Shown piece after piece: positions 50,401 to 64,000 of a DNA stretch of 64,000 nt (positions are counted from its first letter, which is position 1; each line of letters starts with the position of its first letter). The position numbers and the translations under genes were made by a program. Origin of the DNA: Lytechinus pictus (taxonomy: Eukaryota); NCBI RefSeq assembly GCF_037042905.1, contig NC_087246.1:9240001-9304000 (forward strand). The letters run 5' to 3'. Below the pieces are notes generated by a model. It made no database searches. It saw nothing but the letters and a program-made list of their open reading frames with translations, and was not told where the DNA came from.

Positions 50401-53400
50401 CTCTAAAAGTGAAAAGACGTTCCCCTCTTAGGCCAGTAAAAACACCCCATGTAGAGTCCCCTTCTCTGTACCCCTCCCCCCAGATGGCTACACCAACTCC
50501 TAAACCAAGCCCACTACCTCCTGTAAAAACCATTACTCCAGCAGGGGTGCATGGACGCACCCCTGTTATTACCCCTCCTCCACCCGGACTCCCTCAAGAG
50601 GGTAAAGTCTCACCCCCTCTTAGCCTGCATTCTAGTTTGGCATCTGGGTCTTTGCACGGTATCTAAAACAATGCACATTGTACTTGCGTAATTTCAAGCT
50701 TGCTCTATCAAACTCTCTGTTGAAGAATTGGGAATACTTCTGTTTGCTTGAGTATCTTAAATTAGTTGAAAAAAATGCTTCTGTGAAATAATTATTCTTT
50801 GAAAAAACATTATTTGAGATTATAGTTCTTAATCAATTTTTTTTCAATGAGTATTTGAAAATACAAATGAATGTGTAGTCATATTTCATTCAAATAGATG
50901 GCTATACTTAATATTGCCTCTGATTAGATTATAATCTTGAATCATCGTCAAAGTAAAAATCTAGACACTCACAAAAAATGTTTCAATGAAGGCACTAAAT
51001 ATTTACAAAGAGGAAAAAGTGAGTTTGATTAAGAACTTGGTTGTTGCAATTATGTGTACATTCACTTCTTAATTGTTGTATTTATGTTCTAATAAGAATG
51101 AATATAAATATTGTTGTTTTGTATTTTTATGTATTGTCATTATGTTGCTCATATGGTGGTGGTGTATCTTATAGAAAGAAGTAAGGCACTCTGTATCACA
51201 TGCACATGAATGTATTTGTTTATTTGTCTTCTGCTAAAAAAAACTGCTTCTTATTTTGTTGCATTGTTAGTGGGAGCTAATACATGTATGTATTTCTTGT
51301 GTGTCTTTTGTATGTGTTCAGCATATTTTGTGAAAGTAATTTGCAACTAGGAATTAAATCATGCCAAAGAAAGAGTCTTCTGCCCACCGTAAAAATCATT
51401 TAAAATCATGGTGAATAAATGACAAAAATAAAGAAATTTCTATTTTCATTCCCTTTATAAAACTTCATTCCCCTTTCCCTTATTTGAAAAAAGAGAAAAT
51501 TTTGAAATTTTTAATTGTTGTATTGAGGTATTGAGTGCCTTTTGCTTCTATTGTTTTTCTTGCAGATTTCATGTCAGTTTGCACTGTATTGTTAATGATA
51601 TTGGTGACTGTTTGTGTAATACTTTCTTTTCACTGGTGTCTTTACTTTCTTGACTTCTAATTGCACCCTCCAATATAGAAAACCTTCTAGTCCACCTGTG
51701 ACATTTGACCCATCTCACTATGCACACCTTATCCATAGCATTCCTATTAACATTACTAATAAACCACAAGGGACTGCCCTTCCATTAGCCAAAGCCACTC
51801 CTCCTTCCATGGTCTCTCCGACTTCCCAAGCCCCTCCTGTATCTATAGCTCCTCCTACTTCAGTAGCCCCTCCTCCATCCATAGCCACACAGTCCAAAGT
51901 ATCCCTTCCTATTACAAAGCCACACCCCTTGTCCCAAGCCTCACAAGAGGGAAGTCAGAGACATATACCAAGTATCAGTTCAAGTCATCGAGAGACTGAA
52001 CCTTCTGGGGATCAAGTTGAGGGTTCTGAAACCAGTCTTCAACATAAAAGGTAAGTGACATCTGGGCAACATTGTAGTCTTGACTTTATGTTCTTTTGAA
52101 AACTCAACTAAAATAAAGTGAAACCCTTGTATATGATAATTGGGTTGAGAATTTAAAGAATGATAAATAGTTATTAGAGAGATTTCTTTCCACATATTTC
52201 ATGCATTTTTGTCTCACCTGCATAGCAGAGTGAGACTATAGGCGCCGCTTTTCCGACGGCGGCGGCGACGGCGGCGGCGGCGGCGGCGTCAACACCAAAT
52301 CTTAACCTGAGGTTAAGTTTTTGAAATGACAGCATAACTTAGAAAGTATATGGACCTAGTTCATGAAACTTGGCCATAAGGTTAATCAAGTATTACTGAA
52401 CATCCTGCCTGAGTTTCATGTCACATGACCAAGGTCAAAGGTCATTTAGGGTCAATGAACTTAGACCATGTTGGGGGAATCAACATCAAAATCTTAACCT
52501 AAGGTTAAGTTTTTGAAATGTCATCATAACTTAGAAAATATATGGACCTAGTTCATGAAACTTATACATAAGGTTAATCAAGTATCACTGAACATCCTGC
52601 GTGAGTTTCACATCACATGACCAAGGTCAAAGGTCATTTAGGGTCAATGAACTTTGGCCGAATGGGGGTATCTGTTGAATTACCATCATAACTTTGAATG
52701 TTTATGGATCTGATTCATGAAACTTGGACATAATAGTAATCAAGTATTACTGAACATCCTGTGCAAGTTTCAGGTCACATGATCAAGGTCAAAGGTCATT
52801 TAGGGTCAATGAACTTTGGCCAAATTGGGGTATTTGTTGAATTACAGCCATAAATTTGAAAGTGTGTTGGTCTAGTTCATAAAACTTGGACATAATAGTA
52901 ATCAAGTATCACTGAACATCCTGTGCGAGTTTCAGGTCACATGATCAGGTCAAAGGTCATGTAAGGTCAAAGAACTTTGGCCACGTTGGGGGTATTTGTT
53001 GAATTGCCATCATATCTCTATAAGTGTATTGGTCTAGTTCATAAAACGTGGAAATAAGAGTAACCAAGTATCACTGAACATCTTGTGCGAGTTATAGTAG
53101 TTTTCAAAATCAGCACTGCTGCTATATTGAATCGTGTGATGCAGGTGAGACGGCCAGAGGCATTCCACTTGTTTGTATATATATTTTGCATTTATTGGGA
53201 ACTAACAAGTAACAATGAGAAAGCTCTAATAAAGGGCAGTAAACGTACACTTGTTGCTATGGTTCGAGACCATGGTTTACCTCAATTTGAATAAACCCTT
53301 TTGTCAAACCATAGCAATTAATAAACATGAATTGAGCCCACTTCCTTGAAACTCTTTCAACCTCCTTTGTGGCTTGTGGTCCTTATAATTAGCTCACTCC

Positions 53401-56400
53401 TGATATGCACTCTATAATTATTATTAACCCCTCTCCTTTCTTGCTGAGACAGAAAAGATGATTCCCCAGGTCTCCCGTCCTCCTCACCACTGATCGAGGA
53501 AGAACCGGTCTGGGTACCCTTTGACACCATGAAGTCAGCAGACCTACCAGAAGCACCTACTCTGAAGGAAGGCTTTGATCTCTACATAGATGCTGTACGT
53601 TTCCTGCCAGACAATGCTACCATAGTCAAGGTCTGTTTTTTCAATCGTTTTGTTCATCTTTCTTGTCTTAATGACAAGCCAGGTGACATGAATAGTAAAG
53701 AAATATACATGTACTGTGTTGTATTTGTTAAAATTATTATAAAAGTGGCGTAAATAGATGTGGGAGGCATTTCAAGAAAATTGGCAGTGTTGATAATTTA
53801 AATGAATTTCTAGGTTTCCAATGGCTAAGAAGCATTGAGCTCTGTTACTATGGTAACTGTCAGAGAAAGACAACTTGTCAGTGCTGACAACTTTCATGAA
53901 ACAATCCATAGATGAATATAAATAGAGGTATTTGGGTCAATGAAGAATCTATCATTGCACTAGTAGCGTGATCGTTTTATTTTTCATACCAATCTCCACT
54001 TCGAGCTACCTGAAATATAACATATAACATCTTGCTGAAAAGCAGTCTTTTGACTGATGCATGTGAATTTAATGTATTCAGTCACATCAATCATGCAATT
54101 CATTCACATTCGTAAATTACTAAATTCAATCAATCAATGTAATATGAATTGTTTGTGTATACAACTGATTTTGTTCATGCCAACCCTGAATGCTATTGAA
54201 TGGGAAATGTCGTTGAGATGGACAACCAGGCAACATCTCACTTGATGACAAAACTTAATATGGTGTAATACACTATTACATGAATTCAGTAAACAAAATA
54301 TGTCTACATTTTGAATAAAAATCTCAGGTTACAGTCACTGGAAGATTCACGACTGAACACGAGGGTATGCCCTTTGACATTAAGGCCCTGCCTGACCTGA
54401 CCTCTCTTGGTCGATGTCCAAAGTTCACCTGGAGGGTAAAAATTGCTAAAGGAATATTAGACCAGCTTGTTGAGATACGAGTCTGGACTGTGGATAGATA
54501 TACCCATCAGGTGGTTGTTCTGGGAGTCTATCTTCTGAAGGTCTACAATGACAAGACCAAAAAGGTGAGTATGGACTAGAGTTATTTGCCCTTTTTTTTA
54601 TTTTGATAGTACAAGATTGACTAGAAGCTATGATTGTACACTCAACATTATCTAACATGTACACCAACCAATCCATTACCAGACCAACTTTTATGTTGTT
54701 TTGAATCACATACCATCCATTGCTTTTGGAGTCGGAATCAATTGTGTACTGTAAAGATTCAGAGAAACATGTAAGTGGGGAAAGGGGGCTAATATTTTCT
54801 ATACTGTGGGGCCATTTTCCTACTTCTATTCAGGCATGAAAATGTTTGTTCTGAACCCAAAGCAGTATACTGGATCCCTTTTTTGCTACTTACAAGTGCT
54901 ATTTTTATATATTTGGAGGTGAATACAGGTAGCCCTTTGTCCCCTTGTATTTAGTCTGCAAGTGGACATGGCTTATATCTTTGTGAGCAAGTAAATACCA
55001 AAATTGAAATACATAATATTTTATCTCAATCAAAACGATATACTCTTACTGGTATATAGGACTGTTTTGGTCACTGTATTTGATTCAACATGTCCAAGGT
55101 GTGGTTCTTGCAGAAGGTGTAGGAATATCTGGAAGATTGATTAAATAATGAAAAGATGGAAGTTTTTTCTTTTTTTTAACTTCAAGAGGGAGGCAATTTT
55201 GATAATCGAAAAGCATGAATTCTTTGTATGCAGTTGGTAGAAAAAAATCAAAATCCATTCTGAAATATGAATTTTCTAACAATATGTCTTGAACTGCTTT
55301 TTATCTCATCTTTCTTGCTGTTCAGCTAAACATTGGAGGTCATCAGATGCGTCTTAGATCAGGGTATCCAGCATCCCGCCCTCCTATCCTACCGAGATCT
55401 CTGGATCATTTACCATCAATTCCAGGCTCCTCTATCCTTCTCAGATTACTACCATGTTCTGAGGTATGTAAAACCACTGATAAAACCAAGAGGGTGGAGA
55501 GGAATAGAGTTACGGAAGGATGGTGCAAAGACTTTTGATTAGGATTTTCATTGTTTATTCGTATTAGCTTCACATTATTTTCAGTTGTCTTCTGATCATT
55601 CATGCATGGAAAAGTCTTGTGATATTTTCATCATGAAGTCATGGTGTCATGATTCTTGTTGAATGATGTAATTACTTTGTCTGCATACCTTTGGACAGAT
55701 CAATTTTCCCTAACTTTTTTTAAATATTCATTTGGTCAACAATTTCCCTTGCCTGAACACTTTCATTGACACCTCACATCCCATTGACGATGTGTACAAA
55801 ATGTTGCAGAACTTTGTCACCTGTCTGAATGATCATGGCAATACCTGATTTTAGTCCTCTTTTTTTGGGGGGGGGAGCTGATGGTATCATAATGATATGA
55901 TGAAAAGTAGCCCGTATTTACCAAACTATAAACCGTAATTTGAAATAAATTTCTTACAACAAACTAATATTAATTTGAATTTACACAATTCTTAAATCTG
56001 TCTATGATGGGAGGTGAAGGAAATGAGTTTCACGGCCAAGCCCTCCTTGGTATGTATAAAGACTGAGAGACGTGTTTGACTTTGGGGCAGTGACTCTCTA
56101 GGTGTGAGCAGCTTTATATGTCTCAACCCCTTATTTTATGGTTTTAATGCAGGAATTCATAGATCCATTACCCTACATCAGTGGGTACTATCAGTCTGAT
56201 CTTAGCAAACCAACAGAATCAGAGATCAATGTGATTGAACATTACAAGGCAAAGCAGGATTGGAAGAAGATGGTTAAAGATTCTGCCTTGGAGCTGGCAA
56301 AGAGTGAAGGTAATATATCAAAATTTGTGACAATAGATCTGTCCTTGAATTACCATACCACCTTATTTTCCCTTTGTGAGCTCAAAGTCAAATCCACTCC

Positions 56401-59400
56401 AGCAAAAAGTTGATTTGAATAAATTGAACAAAATTAAACAGTCAAGTATAATGCTGAAAGTTTCATTAAATTTGTATGTAATGTCAGAAAATTATGGCAG
56501 TTTAAAATTTTGCTTATTTTAAAAAAAGAGTTATCTGCGCATCATGGCTGATATACAAATGAGAGATCTGTTGGGTTCACACACTCACGTTATCTTTTTA
56601 ATCTTTTATATGAATCAAAGAATATTTCATTTTTTCCAGATCTTACAGTAAGGAATGTGAATAATATGGATGTATTACTGTTCATAATTTTCCAGTAATA
56701 CTCTATAAAGCTCTCTCTCCATTTTTCAATCTCTATAGACGACAGAGAAGCCTCTTTTACTAACGATAATAAACAAGACCCAGACACCAATGATCACCTG
56801 AAAGAAAACAAGATGGCTGACTCCTGGTCAAAAATGTCAGATGAAGAGATATTAACATGGATGACAAAGAGACTTGAAGCCAAACACCAACCTGCACAGA
56901 AACTGCCTCCATTGCTAGAGATTGAGAGATGTGTGGATTATGAGAGAGATACAGGGGTAGCCATCAAAGTAAGAGCAGCATATGGTTTGCAAGGTATGAA
57001 GTATTATGAATTAAATGTATATTTTGTTAAGTTTATGTTTGCATACATGTATATATACGTTTTTCATGTTTTGCCCATTCATTGTTGAAGTTTTTAACCT
57101 ATAGCATGTCTTCAATGTTATTTGCTCTAGAGTGCTACAGTTATCTAATTAAGATGGAAAGTGCACTACATAAATCAACTGTGTCATTATTATTGAAGAA
57201 AAGTCCATGTTTCTTGCATAGCAAATATAACTTTCTAAACCAAAGGGAAAGAGCAAATTTGCAAAGTTTATGTTCTTAGACAATATATACTTGTTTGATT
57301 TAAGGACAAGCACAAGCAATTCTGAGCTCTGTTTGGCTCTGATTCATTTAACATTCTTTGATACGGCTAGGGGATGGCAGCTTGATGCCTGATGACAATA
57401 AATGAATATCTTTATTTCAAATCTTGCTAATTCCCCCTCTCTCTCTCTATCTCTCCATCTCTCTCTAGCTGAAAAGTGTTACAGCATTGTACTGACCCGA
57501 ATACTGCCTGGTCCAGTAACATCTCAACCAACCTTAGAGTCTGGGGATAGTAGCCCTAGCAGGTTACTCTCATTCTTGACCAAACAGATGGACCTGGACA
57601 GTCTTATGAAGGCACCAAGGTGGAAGGACAAGGCCACGGTAAAGTCCATGTCCAAATTGTTGGCTCTTATTAGACCCCTGATTTGATAATCAAGCCATAA
57701 TATTATTATTATCATTATTATATTTGTATTTTGTTAACTTTTGGACTCCTGCCATTCACAAGCTTTAAAAAAAAAAAATTTCTACAGGTGTTCCATTTTC
57801 CATTTATTTCTATCACTTACAATATTAATTTACTATGCTTATGTATTTGATCTATTTTTTTGTATATACATGTGTATTTCAACTGTACATATTTTTATGT
57901 TTTTTAAAGGAAAAGAATAAATGAATTGAATTGAAAATATGTAATGTTAGATAAAATATCATCATATTTCGCATGAATATGGATTTCTTTACCAATGAAA
58001 TGAATGCTGATAACTGCATGTTAACATCAATGCATGCACTAAAAGTACATAAGTCCACATTAATAATCTCATCACAGTAATCTGAGCCGAGAACCCATGC
58101 CTTTCTTGTTCTGAGACTGGCCATCATTTCCTCAATAAATTATGAGCTCTGACTGTGAATCCTTGGTATTCATTTGATGAGAAGCACCCGTCTCTGAGTT
58201 AACTGTTAACTGTTACAGAATGACCACTTACTAGTGCTGACAAATATCATTAAATGGTACTCAGTGCTGAAAACTTTGTATTTTTGTCCTTTGTGGTTAT
58301 TGGGAAAGAAACAATTTGAGTTATTTCAAGCAAATTGTAATTTCTTCTAGTGCTTTGTATTTTCTGTTGCAGGTTTTGCGGCCAGTCTATGATGAACAGT
58401 CTGTGCTACTGCTTCAATTCTTCAGCCTTGAGGTGGTTTACAAGGTTGATCCCTCAGGTCGCAGTAAAGGTGTGGTCCATGCTCCAAAGGGAAAAGGTCA
58501 GCTGACATTGAATAACTCCTCCTCGAAAGGCTGGGGATTGCTTCCAATCTTTGACAGGAATTGTGTCATTCAAGGAACCTTCATAGTGCCCATCTTTCAG
58601 AATGTTAAAGACAAGGTGAGAAGCACTCTGTTTCTTGTTGGTATCCCCCATGTTGTATAATAGAAATTGATATATTACACCAACACACATTTAAGATGAT
58701 TGAATTATGGTGTGGCTTGCTTTGCATAGTTAAGACTAATTGGAATCAATAGCACTCTTACCCAAGGCAGGGCCCAACAGAAAATGAAATGGATGATGTA
58801 TCCATCCCATCAATCTGCACTACAAGCAATTTGATAATTTTGTAAAGTATGACTAACATGGCCTTCATGCTGTATTCCAGGGGGGGGAGGGCTCAAATTA
58901 TAACATGATACCTACTTGCCGCGCCAAAGTCGCGGGCTCTGGAACTAAATCTTGGTCTTAAGACATGGGTCTCTAAAACGGCTCTTGGATCAACGATTGG
59001 TAAAAATGCAATGCTCTGGAACTGACCACATGAAATTGGGGGTCTCCAGATCTCATTAGATAGTAGGCGAAATTGGTAGTGGCTACGCGTCTTGCGAGAT
59101 TGAATATCGTGCTAGTGCAGGCTAACTGCTTGAGCGAGGAGCTTCGCCAGCCTGGCGCTATGGCTCTGCACCAATTGAGCTCGCTGCTCCGACTGGCTGA
59201 GTAGTTCATAATGGAACGAGAACTCACAAATTTGAGGGTCTCTGGAATGGGAAAAAATAGGAATTTCTATTCAAATGCTCTGGAACGGAAATTTAGGCTG
59301 GAAATGGAGGTCTCAACCATGATACATATGTATCATACATTTATACTAAGTACATCCCCCCCCCCCTCCCCCAGGAAATTATGTTTACAGTATAAACAGG

Positions 59401-61450
59401 AGGTTCTGAAAATTATATGATTCAGGATTATTATGTGCTTCATAATGTGTGAAACATTGGTGACTGGAATCACCATATGATTTTGCCCCTCACAAAATGA
59501 TACATCATCGCAGTGTTCATCAAACAGTAGAAAATGATTTGATCAAGATACTTTATATTATTTGTATGATTGATTTTGATACATTATATTATTTGTATGA
59601 TTTATTTTGAACCGTTATATCCCTGTATTCATCTTAATATATAACTATATGCCACAAATATAAAAATCTAATGAAGTTAATAACACCATTCAATTTCCCC
59701 CTCCTTGACTGTAGCCATACCTGAAGGGTTTGATGGATTCTCCTAGCCTAGAATCTTGGATGAGGGTCTCTGTAGAGAAGAAACTGATCAAGGTTCACCC
59801 TAGTCATCCCTCGGCCATCGTCTCCATCTGGGATGGTCACTTCTATCAGGGACAGAATATACCCCTACCGGTAAGCAGTTCATCATTGTCTTTCAACTTC
59901 TATCAGATTGAGCATGTCAAATTGCCCATAGGAGTACTGTTTATTGATAAATAGCATTGTCATATACAACTATGCAAGTTTGCCCCATTTTCAGAAGTAT
60001 TTGATGTAAAAAAAAATGTCAAAAATGTCATTTTGATTATGATGAATCGACCAAGGTGATAAATACATGTACATGTATTGTATGTAATAAAGAAGTTTTG
60101 CACTTCTTTATTTTTTTTCTACTTGTGTATGTCCAATCACCATAATCGTGACAGTAACAGTTGATGAATATGCTGAATAAGTAAAACATTTTGAAACTTT
60201 CTGTATGCCTACATAAAGAGTAAATGGAATATGTATTGAGGTGCCTTCATATTATGCTTTTCTTCATTATATCACATACAGAGAAGAGACTATTTTCTCC
60301 ACATTGCTGGTGATTTCAACAAGTTCTCAGGAACCTCTCAGGATAAGACTGGCCATCCCTTGAATCAGATCATCCTTCGAAGCCTGCCCTCAGCAGTCCG
60401 TTCAGAAGGAACAAGAAGTGAACGGTACCTCAAAGAAAAGCAGAACTTTGAAGAATTCATGCACAACATTGCTACAGAGTTGGTGGTATGTGTTCCCCTA
60501 TAGAAGGTTCAGAGGATTTAGGATTCACTGTTAAAGATGTTTATAATCATTTGTAATTTCACATTTGATTTCTGTATGAGTATGATTCTTCCCTATCATT
60601 ACTTTTATTTCATGGCTGCATTTTATGTACATTAACATGTTATCTATTGGAGTCAGGTGATACCTATTGAAAGCCTATGGGAATAACATAACACAGAAGT
60701 CAAGGAGTAAATATCAACATGAAAAAGAGGAATAGATGAAAATCCATATTTCATTCTCCGAAATAGAAATCAAAGCAATAAGTGTTATAAGCTATCCAAA
60801 TTGTTCCAATAAGTGAAAATCTGTCATAGTATACCTTCGTTACTTATAAGTTTAACAAAGTTATTCAGGGTTTTTGTTCCTTATATTCTACTCCAAGTGG
60901 AATGCAGCTCCTTACTACTAAATTTCCTGACTGTCCATAGGAATGACAAATTTTTGCTCATTTGATGGTTCTTTTCCTGCCTTATTAGGCTGAGACAATA
61001 GGTGATTTCAAGTTTGGTGTTGGCGTTAGAAGCACAAGTTGGATTGGTTCCCCAGCTCCAAAACCTATTCTGAATTTAGTGATTTATCCAGATCACATTA
61101 TTGACATCTCAACACCTAGTAAAATTCATCCCTGGACCCGCGGAAGTTTGGTGCTATGCTGACATTAAAATTGACCGAACACCAAACTTGAAATCAACCA
61201 TTTAGTTTGGTTAGAATTGCAATAGAATTTTTGCGTTGAAATGATACGACATTCAGATTTTCCATTGTAGCATTGTTGATGGGCATCATGGAATCATTCA
61301 TAGTGAATTGATATCTTTATTATTGACTGATTGCTTCTGTATTTCTTTGATAACTGATTAATGCTATATTCATATAAATTTATATATCTTTATGTGTAGG
61401 AAGATGCCCTATTAACAACTGGACAGGCCCCCTTGATGGCAGGCTCATAG
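41205..61450 (+). CDS. Uncharacterised ~1403-aa protein: TBC/Rab-GAP-like domain, Pro/Ser-rich linker, two C2-like domains
   Basis: Phase-consistent GT-AG exons: 41205-41459, 42178-42416, 44730-45113, 45689-45812, 46209-46383, 47802-47986, 48451-48606, 49033-49197, 49568-49695, 50369-50601, 51566-51572 (micro-exon, least certain), 51679-52050, 53453-53630, 54328-54564, 55326-55463, 56153-56309, 56739-56993, 57469-57638, 58373-58615, 59715-59870, 60282-60485, 61400-61450 (4212 nt). AATAAA at 61650. Domain calls are by motif recognition only. Confidence 0.85.
42716..43799. mobile_element. Tc1/mariner-like MITE (TIR CAGTCAGTC.GCAAGCCC) with a nested element
   Basis: Inverted termini at 42716 and 43799; TA on the right side. 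Confidence 0.7.
43112..43400. mobile_element. Kolobok-like MITE nested in the preceding element
   Basis: TIR GATGGGTCAGCAGCCAGCTTTT; TTAA on the left, TAAA on the right. Confidence 0.7.
43824..44421. mobile_element. Kolobok-like MITE with TTAA TSD
   Basis: TTAA|AGGGGAATCCA...TGGATTCCCCT|TTAA with long imperfect inverted arms. Confidence 0.8.
46658..47224 (+). mobile_element. Degenerate HINE-like element of a second family
   Basis: TTTTTGTCTCGCCTG start, three internal units (GTTCAACTTGCTCTCATTTCT), GCAGGCG...CTTGTTT end. Confidence 0.55.
47430..47595. repeat. (GAT)n microsatellite
   Basis: Directly visible; intronic. Confidence 0.95.
48713..48890. mobile_element. Short degenerate CAGT...ACTG MITE
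   Basis: CAGTGAGAGCTGT...ACAGCATTGACTG|TA with internal ACAGGTG-like repeats. Confidence 0.45.
52206..53174 (+). mobile_element. HINE copy B (intronic), near-identical reverse complement of copy A
   Basis: Same termini and unit order as 8777-9736; differs mainly in (GGC)n length and a few bases. Confidence 0.9.
58880..59373. mobile_element. G-run/C-run-terminated MITE-like insertion
   Basis: CCAGGGGGGGG...CCCCCCTCCCCCAGG; GC-richer than its flanks, with repeated TCTGGAAC motifs. Confidence 0.45.
60997..61202. mobile_element. Small MITE
   Basis: TIR AATAGGTGATTTCAAGTTTGGTGTT / AACACCAAACTTGAAATCAACCATT. Confidence 0.7.
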
Positions 61451-61893
61451 GATGTAGAGAGATATCCAACAAGGACCATTATCTAGGAAGAGGTTCATTG
61501 ACTCTTATCCTTTAGATTAAATTTCTCTCATGAAATCTTAAACCAATTACTTGTCTTTACAATGAAGTTGAAGTACAATGATATGTCTCTTCTACACTTT
61601 CAAATATGCACAATGTAAATTAAAAACTGGTCTCTTACCCCTATTTAACAATAAAATTATGTCTCATTTGTCTCATCTCCAAACACAATACAAAGTAACG
61701 TTACAATTATCTTGAAATAAGATTTCATCAGAATCTTCAAATACATATACCCAAAAAAGATATGTTTAGTATCATATTACATTTAAGTATTTCTCATTTA
61801 CTATTCTAAAAACATAAGGGGGAGAAGCTGATTTTAACAAACACAGTTATGTATTCTAAAAACTGGAACCCAAGATAATTTTCTATAAATCTG

Positions 61894-62138
61894 GAAGTGC
61901 TTCACAAAGATAAACCAATTGCATGTGGTAGAAGATGTGTCTACACACTTTGTGAAGCACCCCCCTGGTGTGTGTTTCATAAAGCTTTTCGTAAGTTAAG
62001 AACGACTGATGAACCTTTCTTACGTGCTGCATAATCACCAATGAACATTAATGGTGAATATCATTTACCACAAGAAAGGTTCACCAGTCGTTCTTAAAGT
62101 CACTCTTAACTTGCGAACAGCTTTATGAAACAGGCCCC
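61894..62138. mobile_element. Two abutting small palindromic MITEs sharing a CTG site
   Basis: GTGCTTCACAAAG...CTTTGTGAAGCAC (~61894-61964), then TGTTTCATAAAGC...GCTTTATGAAACA (~61968-62138). Confidence 0.7.
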
Positions 62139-63713
62139 CAGGTCAGTAAACTGTAACAGGACTCACCGGATTGACAAAGTAGGATATAGGATGAGAGATG
62201 TTTGGTTATAGTCAAAGAAAGTTTGAAATAATACAAGGAGGTAATTTTAAGTATGAGATGGGAAGAGAAGTGACATTGTTCACATTAGTTGATAATTATA
62301 CTAACTTTTATAGTTTGTATGTGTTACCTATTCAGTAGCTTATGTAATGGCCGATATATCTGATTAGATCTTAACTTGGTCTGTCAAAATATACTCTATG
62401 CATGTGTGTGCTACAAAATTCTTTTGAACCGTCCTTGTAAATTGGTTTGAAGATTGTTTTAACTTGAATGAAATCTACAAATTTACTTATTTGCATGTTT
62501 GCTATTACTTGTTTATGCTTTGATAATTTCTTGTTCATATTGGATATGAAAGAAAACACCCTTTGTCTATCTTTTCTACATACTGTACTGTACATAACCA
62601 ATTTGTAAATTGTATTTATTTCAAGATGCAAACCTTGAGCAATAAATGTTTGGATGTTCTTATATATTGTCCACTTGTTTGTGTTTCAAACATTTTCATG
62701 ATTTTTTTTCTTTGAGATTTCAGAGAGTTTATTATAAACCCCTGAAATTAACCTCTGCATTGATATACTAAGTAGAGATAAAATAAGAGAAAATAATAGA
62801 AAAAGAAAACAAACAAGGAAAAATGATGTCTAGAAAAGAAAAGGAGTTATGAGAAAAGAGAGAGATAAGAGAAGCAAATAAAGTGAGATGAGATAAAGCG
62901 AGAAAGGACAAAGATTAGAAAAGAAAAGGCAAGACGCTAAGGGTATCCCTATTACGAAAGGGGGTGGGATAGGAAGAAAGAGAGAAAGGCATGACAATTT
63001 TAGAGGCTAGCTGAAGCAGAGAGGGAGAAGGAACAAAACAACAAAATAAATACTATCATAAATAATGACAACTTTTTAACTTTTATTCATCAGAACATGA
63101 TACAATTATCAATACAATGATATGAAAATTTGAATTTCATACATGTACATAGAGAGGTACTTGGCTGAAAACCTGATTAGAGTTGTATTATGTGGTCTTA
63201 CAAATCCCTTCATAATTTACAACATTAATTATGATTCTAGAGGGTAAAAATTTGGGAAGAGAATATTTGAAGAGTTTAGACTGATTTGTATTCTCATGCT
63301 GCAATTTACTGTGGGGGGGGGGGGGTGAGGAGGGGGATGGTAATGACTCAAGAACTATTCTCTTCCATTGATTCTTATTTGTGTTAACATGAAAATGCTG
63401 GTGTATTCATACCTAAGCAGTGGCAACAGGTTGATTTATATCTACATACCAAACGTTTCTTTCCCAAATGGCAATGGCAACTGCTGTCCAAAATGTCAGT
63501 ACCACAAATCCGTGCACTCTAAGATCCCAAGATGAGATAAATGGAGAATAAAAATGTTATACGGAAAACACCGTAATGCCTTTTTCTATAACAATTCATC
63601 CTATTGCCTATATACTAGTACAGTACATAATTGCAAGTTTACTTAAAGTTGGCAAAATAGAAGAAAAAAACAAGATACCACTGCAAATTAAATAATAATA
63701 TTCCACATTTATA

Positions 63714-64000
63714 CAGTGCGTCCCAGAAAAAACTAAACCGAGATCAAACGACGATTTATCATAACTACCAAAAACTCATTTGGCGGGGGGTATCTGAATT
63801 TCAAAAAGAAAATCACATGCCTAAAAAGTTAAATATCTGCTCTTTTATTTGATACCTTAATCACAAAAAATGGTCAAGAAGTAAAAAAGTTATGTTCTCT
63901 CGAAACAATGCTTGTATTTCCATAATTTCATTAAATAAACGTGTTTTCACCGGTTTCCCACAGAAGCTATCGCATGGTTAACAAAAGACTTAATGCATGG
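63714..64000. mobile_element. Start of a TA|CAGTGCGT-type element, cut by window end
   Basis: Same first 8 nt as the TIR at 35986, preceded by TA; the partner TIR is not in the window. Confidence 0.45.

Overview
AT-rich eukaryotic (invertebrate animal; the repeat landscape looks echinoderm/sea-urchin-like, which is inference only) genomic DNA, with no prokaryotic features. It contains three main things. (1) An intact and apparently very young BEL/Pao LTR retrotransposon (1-7906; 5' LTR cut by the window edge) with a single 1874-aa gag-pol ORF, inserted into a HINE remnant. (2) A complete 5-exon SPRING1/C12orf49 orthologue (+, 23731-32941). (3) A ~22-exon, ~1400-aa uncharacterised gene (+, 41205-61450) with a degenerate TBC/Rab-GAP-like N-terminal half and two C2-like domains, preceded by an X-box-like motif. 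The rest is a dense, often nested set of non-autonomous DNA elements (Helentron-type HINEs, hAT-, Tc1/mariner-, Kolobok- and Harbinger-like MITEs), a 110-bp satellite and microsatellites. The most striking observation is that the BEL element has no tRNA-type primer-binding site. The 12 nt right after its 5' LTR are instead perfectly complementary to the exon-exon junction created by splicing a predicted 735-nt intron inside its own LTR, suggesting splicing-dependent self-priming of reverse transcription. All coordinates and alignments were made by eye.
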